Assembly: GCA_020137815.1 (NCBI GenBank) | Contig: CM035350.1 | Coordinates: 8,246,001 to 8,310,000 of the forward strand | Direction of reading: 5' to 3' | Origin: Hormiphora californensis | Lineage: Eukaryota > Animalia > Ctenophora | DNA length: 64,000 nucleotides | Part shown: one piece after another, positions 28,745 through 38,900 of the stretch | Position numbering within the stretch: the first letter of the stretch is position 1 | Layout: each line of letters starts with the position of its first letter | The notes under the pieces: generated by a model | Told to the model about the DNA's origin: nothing | Databases searched by the model: none | Seen by the model: the letters and a program-made list of their open reading frames with translations, nothing else | Made by a program: the position numbers and the translations under genes

Positions 28745-29018
28745 GATGATGTGGAGAACTAGTTATTATTAACTCACAACAGGACTCAGTAATATATTAT
28801 AACTGCTGGTAAGTTAGCAAACACACGAGTTCGGAGGGAAGTGGGAAATTGAAGTTATACGATCTATTCTCTCTATCTCTCTCTCTCTATCTCTCTCTAT
28901 CTTTATGTCGCTGAATCTCACAGGTCAGGCTCTATATCACAGTTGCACTCAAGCTAGTTAATATCCGTTAGTCACGTGCCTCCAACTAACTAACATATAG
29001 ACAACTCGATCATGAAGT

Positions 29019-29141
<123 letters not shown>

Positions 29142-29952
29142 AAAATAGCTGGTAGAGAGAACTTGTGCTCGGTTGTAACACGTGGTCTTTTCCTTAGCAA
29201 AAAAAAGTTGACGTAATCTTTCTCGCCATGGCCTTGCATCCCAAGTTAGAGCATAAAATGGGAGCTGATTGAATCTCTTTTGATTGGGCCTCATTATAGT
29301 TAACACTTAACACGATTACATGCTAGCCACGACCACAGTTCATTTTAATTTCCTAGTTTCCGAACAACCTGTGAATGAATTTAGATTTCAATTAGCCACT
29401 GAGAGCCAAGCATATAAGTTTTATCTATTCTTTCTTCTCTATCTGACCTCAGAATCTATCTCTTTAGCTCCCTACTCCTCCCAATCCCCAGTATCCTGCT
29501 ACCCACTCCCAGCAAACCCTTGGTCCCGTATGCCCATACTACCCAACCCCTCATCCTAGCCAATACCCACCCCATATGGGGAGACAGTTTGCTGGTAATT
29601 TTCCCATGCGAATTATTACTCCCACTGGACATGCTCTAGTACCGATGTTCTAATTACATGCCCCTCCTCTCTGGTAGTTAGAGAGTAGTTAATTCGTACT
29701 CCACCCTGCTGGGGGGGGGGGGGGGCATCTCGCGGTTTTTCCGGGACCTGGAGAGCACCATTGGAAGAGAAGAGGGAGCGGGATAGAATAATGAAAGAGA
29801 GAGGATGAGGGAAGGAAGTTATATGAAGACAAGATAGAGAAGATAAAAGAGGGAGAGAGAGGGAGAGAGAGAGAGAGAGAGCAGAGAGACAGAGAGAGAG
29901 AGAGAGAAGTATAATAGTGGTTTCAGTATCCAGTAAGATTTTTTACAACGCA

Positions 29953-29959
29953 CTATAAA
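29953..29959 (+). promoter_or_regulatory. Candidate TATA box of the neuropeptide gene
   Basis: ctataaa lies about 125 bp upstream of the ATG at 30079. Confidence 0.3.
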
Positions 29960-30078
29960 CGTCCAGCTCACGCAAATCGTAAATCATTTCTTGAACGAAC
30001 CTTCCCAGATTTTCTGAACTTGAATTACATCTTCTTCCGACTGATATCAACATGGCCTGTTCCAGATTTCTCACATCA

Positions 30079-31025
30079 ATGCTTCTGTAAGTATACAAAT
30101 TAAATTGATTAAATTCATTATCTCTAGCTTGGACCCACATGTTACTTTCTGGTCAAGCGCAGAGAGACGTTACGAGTAACCAATCTCTAGCCGTCACTAT
30201 ATTGAGTTCAGTTCTTCCTTCCTTCCTTCCTTCCTTCCTTCCTTCCTTCCTTCCTTCCTTCCTTCCTTCCTTCCTTCCTTCCTTCCTTCCTTCCTTCCTT
30301 CCTTCCTTCCTTCCTTCCTTCCTTCCTTCCTTCCTTCCTTCCTTCCTTCCTTCCTTCCTTCCTTCCTTCCTTCCTTCCTTCCTTCCTTCCTTCCTTCCTT
30401 CCTTCCTTCCTTCCTTCCTTCCTTCCTTCCTTCCTTCCTTCCTTCCTTCCTTCCTTCCTTCCTTCCTTCCTCAAATTATTACCATTTCAGATTCGTCACC
30501 TTGGCCTTCCTGCTCCACCTCAGTTCGGCACAGTTCTGTAAGTCGAGACTAGCAACTTTATTTCTGAAGACAGCTGTGGTTCAAAACAATTGTCCCAAAT
30601 GTCTCAGTCTGGTGGCGCCGAACAGATCTGAGCTTATTGTCGTGGGTCGGTGTCACCAGACAGCTAGCTCCTCAAAACTTCTTTAGAAAATTCTGGTTAT
30701 TTGCCAAAGTGGCATTGACAACTAACGCCCACCTCCCCTTAGTCGATCCTAACAGCTTTGGAGTTGGCAAAAGATCTGTTCTGGCCCTGGACGATTTAAT
30801 GAACGAGGTAGGGTACATATACACTTGGAGAATTGCCAGCCACTCAGGAGCTCCCTGATACCCCCGTTACATCATGTGGCACATATTATATTTTGTTTTA
30901 TATTATGTGTTGTAAGATCATAATATATATCTCTGTTTCAGCACCCGGAACTGTTTGACGAGGCCCTGAGGAACTCAACTAATGGGAGAAGATGGAGAGA
31001 GTGCTTAGGGAGGAGAAGGAGGTGA
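30079..31025 (+). CDS. Amidated neuropeptide precursor (FGV-amide), 67 aa, 4 short exons
   Basis: Exons 30079-30086, 30491-30537, 30743-30807, 30942-31025 (204 nt; donors GTAAGT, GTAAGT, GTAGGG; ACTAAC branch site before exon 3). Translation: MLLFVTLAFLLHLSSA-QFFDPNSFGV-GKR-SVLALDDLMNEHPELFDEALRNSTNGRRWRECLGRRRR*, i.e. signal peptide, Gln-initiated peptide and GKR amidation/cleavage site. Confidence 0.8.
30214..30471. repeat. (TTCC)n microsatellite, about 64 units, in intron 1 of the neuropeptide gene
   Basis: Perfect tetranucleotide array seen directly. Confidence 0.97.
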
Positions 31026-31139
31026 TCTAATCAGTCGGTGCAGTGCACATGTCACTGAGAGAAGGAGAGAGTGAGAGAGGTGAGAGAGAAGGAGAGTGAG
31101 AGAGAGTGAGAACTGAGAACTGAGAGTGAGAGTGAGAGA

Positions 31140-31223
<84 letters not shown>

Positions 31224-32338
31224 TGTGAGGAAGGGGGATAGGGAGACATGGACTCTCAATCTAATATTTGGAAGGGCTCGGAACCTTCCTTCTTTTATAA
31301 CGAGTATCAACTTGACCTTGTTGAAAAGAGTCTTGATCTGTTAAAATTATTTTAATTCAGTTTTCAAAATTAGTTTTTTTAGATCTTGTACCCGACAAAC
31401 ACTGGGTCTTGCCGGGGGTATTCGACTTTCAAACAAATCGATCCGGTAGAACCTACCATATCTCCTCATGTCCCAAATTTCTCTCCCCCTTTCTCAGTTC
31501 CACATGTTCCTGATCCCTGTCCCTCCCCCACACACTTTGGGTGTCGTTATTGTAACAGTACACAGACCAGCTACTACTAATGGAAAATCACTTAGCCTCA
31601 CATGCACTGTAGAAGACAGGCATTGGAGCCGCCAGTGAGAGATGATGACCAGTGTGCTGATTTTAATGTACCTATATCGGAACTGTTCTGCTTGTTGGGA
31701 GTAATTGACGTCATGGGGGCTGTAGTTTGGGAGAAATGGGGGGCATGTCTTTGTTACTGGTCTGATGTTGTCCTAACCTCTCTCTCTTCAATGAGCTCAT
31801 TGTGGTTTTGATGTCCTTATTTAAATGGAGATTCATCAGGGGCCCCCCAGACCCCTAGGAGTAGGATAATAGTGCGGTTTGTGGTTCGTTTGTTGTGGGC
31901 AACAAAACCACTGTTTCATGGTTGGCCAATACCTAATAAATAGCCCCTAATTTTGCTAGTTCTTAGCTTGGATTTGCCCCAAGTTTGGACCCCAATAACC
32001 ATGGTATACAACGAACTTCTTCATTTTCATTCTCACATACCAGAAAAATTGGCTATAACCACAAGCTGGCCTGGCCAATAGAATATATGCAGTATTAAAC
32101 TGCTGCAAGCTGCCACATATGTCGCACTGCGGGATCAGTGATCCTGTACACACATGGCATGGTTTTTGAATATTGCACTTATACTGAAGAATGAACAGCT
32201 CATCATATTCCAATATTATTGAGTGCTGTTTGTCTCTCGTTTTTTCTTTCTTTTTCTCTCTCTCTGTGTCTCAACCTCTTTCTCTCTGTCTCTCTCTGTC
32301 TCTCTCTCTGTCTCTCTCTGTCTCTCTTTCTCTCTGTC

Positions 32339-32440
<102 letters not shown>

Positions 32441-32922
32441 ACTCCCTCTATCCACGACCATCCAGGTGGGCTTTCTGCCGATTTACAGAAAAGCTGGGCG
32501 CCTGCAGTTACAGCACTTGCCATAGATGAACAAGGTGTTCAAATTAATCGATTAAAATCTCTGCCTCTCTCTCCCCCTCTCTCATATATTCCAAGATATA
32601 GTGTGTGTTTAAAAGCGCCATGCATCGACTTTTTTCTCACCACCACCACCTCCTCCTTCCACCACAATGTATTGCTGCGGAGATTTCTGCAAAAAACCAC
32701 AGCCCTTCATACAATGCGGTCACATGTGTGTGCCAGTGTTGTCCTCTTGTCATAGTGATATAGAACCGTTCAACTTTAGACTTGTTTATGTTGAGCCAAA
32801 ATTAGTTCGAATTTTATTTTACTAAATCATGTTAACATGATGATCTCGTAATAAGTAGATTCTGACAACCTCCTACCATTTTGTTTCGCTGATTTCTAAC
32901 TCCTTTTCTCTGCTACAGGATT

Positions 32923-35900
32923 ATGAGAGTTCACCGACAGATAGCTGGGGAGCAAAAGTTGCGACCAAAAGCCCCCGGACCTCAGGAGCAGGGATATGAA
33001 TCACCTGCTTTACTCTGGTCCCTTCCCTCCACTTTTGTGCTGAATGGCAGCTATTTCAAGTAAGCAACTCTATAATTAGACTTACTTGACTTACTTGACT
33101 TAGGGCGGATTCCACGTGTGGTATTTCCGAACTCCATGAATAACACTTCTCCACCCGTCACGATCAGACATAACAGTAGCTATCTCGGAGGTCTCCCTGA
33201 GTCCCGTGTCCCGCCTGAGTACATCCACAAACAGGGTCTGTCACCAGTGTCGCATCGTTTTGAAATTCTCCGCACAAACGACTAGCACAAAATGACAACA
33301 TGCAAAGAAGTGCTTGCTGCTCAGTTTGTTTTTATGTTAGCGACTAAAAACAAAGTACATCGTTTAGAGAATTTAATTGTCTATGTCTAGGTCAAAACTA
33401 GACGAAAAATGAGCAAGTACAGGTGAAACTAGAGAAATATAAAAAATGACCTCAAAAAAACCTCTTTTCGACCAAATATTTTGAAATCGCCATAGCTCTG
33501 GAAGTAGGGCTGATCTCAAAAATCGGTGAGAAGTCGGTCGAACAGTTTTGTCTGAATTTTCACGTAGTACCGGTTTTAACCTGATTGGACCAACCACCTA
33601 TGAGCCTACCTCAAAAAACTTTGAAACAACCTGATTTTTTCAAAATTTCGCTCTTCCCGAGAATTTTGGAAAAGTGTCGCATCATTTTCGCGATTTTGAT
33701 ACGACACTTTCCCCCTGCATATAAATGCCTGTATCTCTCTTCCTCTCTAGTTTCTACGCCACGATCTCACTTTTCTAGTGTACCTAGGAGGTTACACTCA
33801 CTGGGGAGGGGGGGGGGCTGCACTGTTTGGTCGTACTGCTGTAGAATATCTGGCCAAAAATTGGCTAAATATGCAACTAATTGATATCAAATCAAAAATC
33901 ACTCTACCCGACTAATTTCGATACGCTGAATCACGTGAGCAACTTTTTAAAGCCCTCAGAGGTCGATAAAGTGCTCTAATTGGACATAATTGGGTCTAAT
34001 TGACTATAATTACAACTATACTTTTCCCTGTAAAAAGTTCATTTGGATTTTGGAGACACTAGCTACACTGATTTAACCATTATGTAAAGGGCACCCCACA
34101 TAACAGGAAATAAATTGTAATTATTTTGATCAATTAGACCCAGTTATACTCAATTAGGGAATTGGCTCTGCCACATAGAGCTTCGATTAGTTATTCATTC
34201 GAATCAGCGTATCCAAGTTATTGGCGAGGTGCCCTCAAACGGATTTAAAGTGTTTCTTGGAAAGAATTATAATTTCAATCAATTAGACCCAATTAGAGTA
34301 CCCACCACTGAGATGTAGATGCCATGATCAGGGTATCAGAATCAATGGGAAAGGTGTCTTCAAAGGAAGCAAACGTGTTTACAGGAAAAAGTTATAATTA
34401 GGGTAAACCGGGGCAATTCGAACAACTGGGGCAATTCGAACATAGTACTGCCCGTCTCTCACCTAGTTAAGCTATCATAATGACGTCATCCTATCTCCAG
34501 AAGAAAACTGCTCGTTCGAGCCTGCCCGTTACCACTAAATAGGCTCTAGATCCGGTTTAAGTTGGTCAATTTCCGATTTGAAAAAACCAGCTGAAAGCTA
34601 ATAATATCAGCTTTCAGATGGTATAAAAATTATTTGAATATTCGCATGTTTTCATTCCAAATTCTGGTAAATTAAGATTACCGGGGCAATTCGAACAACC
34701 GGGGCAATTCGAACATGGGCAATTTGGTTAACACACCGGGGCAATTTGGTTAACTCCCGGGCCAATGATGTACAGTTCTTTGCACCACGTGATCACGCGT
34801 GATACCGGGGCAATTCGAGCAAGAACGACCAGCGTGTAGATTGCGTGTAGATTACATTGTTCGAATTGCCCCCACCTCTAACAACACCAGGCGGGAATCT
34901 TCTTCTGGTGTTGTGAGGACGTTCACGTGACTCCCACGTGACGAAATAAAGCACTCCTATTGGTGATGCTCGAATTGCCCCGGTACCAATTTTTCCGACC
35001 AAAATTTTTCAATTAGTTATTAGTTAAGTAAATGATGGTCCCTATAGTTGAAATTTATCTTATTTGAAAGATAAAATAATATAATTTTTTTCATTGTATC
35101 TTTTTTTAAATGGGAGTGAGAACCGATTAAGTAAAAAGTTAACCATTTTGCCCCGGTTTACCCTATGTCAGCCAATTAGACCCAATTATGTCCAATTAGA
35201 GCACTTTATCGACCTCTGAGGGCTTTAAAAAGTTGCTCACGTGATTCAGCGTATCGAAATTAGTCGGGTAGAGTGATTTTTAATTTGATATCAATTAGTT
35301 GCATATTTAGCCAATTTTTGGCCAGATATTCTACAGCAGCTACGACCAAACAGTGCAGCCCCCCCCCCCCCTCCCCAGTGAGTGTAACCTCCTAGGTACA
35401 CTAGAAAAGTGAGATCGTGGCGTAGAAACTAGAGAGGAAGAGAGATACAGGCATTTATATGCAGGGGGAAAGTGTCGTATCAAAATCGCGAAAATGATGC
35501 GACACTTTTCCAAAATTCTCGGGAAGAGCGAAATTTTGAAAAAATCAGGTTGTTTCAAAGTTTTTTGAGGTAGGCTCATAGGTGGTTGGTCCAATCAGGT
35601 TAAAACCGGTACTACGTGAAAATTCAGACAAAACTGTTCGACCGACTTCTCACCGATTTTTGAGATCAGCCCTACTTCCAGAGCTATGGCGATTTCAAAA
35701 TATTTGGTCGAAAAGAGGTTTTTTTGAGGTCATTTTTTATATTTCTCTAGTTTCACCTGTACTTGCTCATTTTTCGTCTAGTTTTGACCTAGACATAGAC
35801 AATTAAATTCTCTAAACGATGTACTTTGTTTTTAGTCGCTAACATAAAAACAAACTGAGCAGCAAGCACTTCTTTGCATGTTGTCATTTTGTGCTAGTCG

Positions 35901-38900
35901 TTTGTGCGGAGAATTTCAAAACGATGCGACACTGGTGACAGACCCTGACAAAGGTCTGCTTTGGTCGCCCTCGCCTGGAATTTCCATGGAGAGGCTCCCA
36001 GAGTATGACCTTGTTGAGCGTAAGTTCAGGATGACGCACAGCGTGACCGGCTAGTCGGAGTCTCCTTTCCGCTATTTTGGTGCTAAGGATAGGTAGATTT
36101 CCAATACCGTACAACGTGGCATTGCTCATTTGAAGGAGGTACTGGTTTTTATTTAGTGCCATCCGTAGCATCCTCGTGTAGGTACCGTTAAGACTCCTTT
36201 CCATGTCTTTGGTGAGCGTCCAGCTTTCGCACCCGTATAAGAGAACTGTTTCAACTGTTGCTACAAAGAGTCTAGCCTTGATCTTATCGTTGAGTTTCGA
36301 ATTCCAAACAGTCCTAAGCCCGTGACACGCATTCCATGCCTTAGCCTTCCTAACCTTAATGTCCCTTTTAGAGTCCCTTACCCATGATCCAAGATATTTA
36401 AAGTCCTCGCTCAACTTTATCCTAGTGCCATCGATGCTGTGGAGAGGACCGGGGTCTGGTATACCCTCAACCATGAACTCTGTCTTCGCCCGGTTTATCT
36501 CGAGACCCACCTCCTTACAGACACTCTCTACCTCCCGCATGATAACGCCAAGATCTTCCACTGAGTCAGCTAGGAGAGCCACATCATCAGCAAAGTCTGT
36601 GTCAGTAACCCTCTCCGCTCGTACTCTTCTACTCCGGGCTGGCTTCAGTGTGAATCCTATATCAGGGTGCCTCTCCAGTGCTGTTCGCATACAATAATCA
36701 AGCACGATTATAAATAGGTAGGGCGCTAGAGTATCTCCTTGCAACACCCCGGCAACTATTTCAAATATATCCGTGAGGCCGTCTGGAGTGAGGACCTGAG
36801 CTCTTGTATTACTGTACATCCACTGGATGAGGTCGACGATCTTCCCTGGGATGCCATAAGCCCTGAGTACTTTGATCATGCGCTTCCGGTTAATGGAGTC
36901 GAAGGCTTTAACAAAATCCAAAAAGGCTACTGCCAGTGGTAGTTGTTTGGCAGTAGCTCCTTCGATGAGTCTCCTAATGGTGAGGATGTGGCTCACCGTG
37001 GACCGCTCCTCCCTAAAACCGTTCTGTGAATCGAGTAAAACAGTCTCGATGTAAGGCCGTATCCGGTGAAGAAGCATACGGTTCATGGTTTTGGCAACTA
37101 TAGAAGTAAGTGAGATGCCCCTATAGTTTCCGGGTTGAGAGAGGTCGCCCTTTTTCGGGACAGGGACAATATTACTCAGAGTCCACTGTTCCGGAATTCC
37201 CTTTCCGCTCAAGGCATCGTTGCAAAAGGTAAGCACGAGGTCATCAATGTCACATCGCTTCAAGATCTCGGGTGCGATGGCATCATTTCCATAGGCCTTA
37301 TCCTCCTTTATCCGATCCTTCGCCTTCTTGAATTCCTCTTCAGTAAAGGGGCCATCGTAGATATCTGCTCGGGGAAACACTTCCGGGATGTCTTGATCTA
37401 CTTCATCCGGTGGTTCTGTCCCGAGGAGCGACTGGAAGTGGCTGAACCATTTGGCTTTCCGATCGTCTGGGGACGCTCCTTCAATTTGGATGGGGTGTTT
37501 GTCCTTCCTCCCAGAGATTTCGTTTACTAGCCTCCATGATTCCTTCGTCTTCGCGTTCCGAGTGGCTCTCTCTACACTCTTGATTTTCCTATCGAGATGC
37601 TCTTCCTCGACGGCCAGGTACGCTTCCGTGAGTGCCTCTTTTCCTTCATTTACAGTGGAACGTGTTTCTTCTGAAGGTGAGGTGTGGTACCTAGCACTGG
37701 CAGACTCAAGATCCTCTCTTGCCCTCTTCACCCGGAAGTCCTCAGCCACAATATCCTTAAGCCTTTTCCTCTTCTTTCCTAGTAGTTTCTTGCTAGTTTC
37801 TTCAACCGCCTGTATCAGGTCTCCATACTTTTCAGAGGCATCTGCACAGTCAGCAGAAGAAAGGGCAGCAAATCGATTCCTCACTTCTACCGAGAATCTC
37901 TCCTGTAGATCAGGGTCCTTCTTCAGAGCACTATAATCCAGATTGGGGCGACCCGGGGCTAGTTTCCTCTTCCTGAGAGTGACCTTAACCCTGGCCACCA
38001 GAAGTCGATGGTCCGACCCGATCGAGCTTAGTGCCCCGGACGTGTCCACATCCTTAATACTGTTTCTCCATTTCCGACGAACGAGAATGTAATCCAGTGT
38101 AGCCTTCCGTCCAGTACCGTCCGATAGAAAAGTCCAGAGTCTTCCCTTGTTCTTCCGGAACCTAACGTTGGCTATTTCCAATCTGGTCTCCTCAGCTGTC
38201 TCCTGGAGCAGCTCTCCATTTCTACTGGTATGTTGATGTAAATACCACCCGAAGCCAGAGTCCTCCCAGCCAATTCTGGCGTTAAAATCTCCGGCAACGA
38301 CAAGGAGGTTATGAGCTGGAACAGTATTGATGTAGTCCCTGAGATCGTGGTGAAATTTTTCAACTTCTTCTACATTCGCACACTCAGTGGGCGAGTAAAC
38401 CGAGATGACTGTCAGTTTCGGATTACCGGCCAAGGTAATGGCTAGAATTCTATGGGACACGGCTCGTATCTCGCAAATGAGCTTCGAGTACTCAGTTCTC
38501 ATCAGAACTCCAACCCCTCCAACCGATGCTCCTGCGCCATTGCGCCAGGCTGTAGATGTGATAAGAGTTTCTCCTGGCCCAGCCTGAATTTGTCTGACTG
38601 TGTCTGCGTGGACAATGCGGTGTTCCTGCAAAGTTATAATGCCCAAGCCATGGTCAGCAAATTGGTAAACCAGCTCTGTTAACTTTTCCTTAACACGGAG
38701 CGTTCGACAGTTAAATGTTCCAATGCGTGTGTTAAATCGAGTCATAGCTATTCATATTGTTTTTCTTGGTTGCAGAATCCAAGGTGGGTCACCACTTCAC
38801 CTGGCTGAGTGAATGTCATATAAGATTTAAAAAAACGGTGCAATACCGACTCTACACTAGCAGAGATTTCAAACAGCATCTGTTGACCGTAGTGACCCCT

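Noticed and set aside
31500-32213. Possible minus-strand gene with a CxxC..CxxC exon (YKCNIQKPCHVC..CDIC)
   Set aside because: Neighbouring candidate exons did not join in phase without stops, so support is insufficient.
33373-35806. Identical ORF pairs on opposite strands (33373/35582 and 33585/35340)
   Set aside because: They come from the inverted arms of the foldback element and show no protein motifs.
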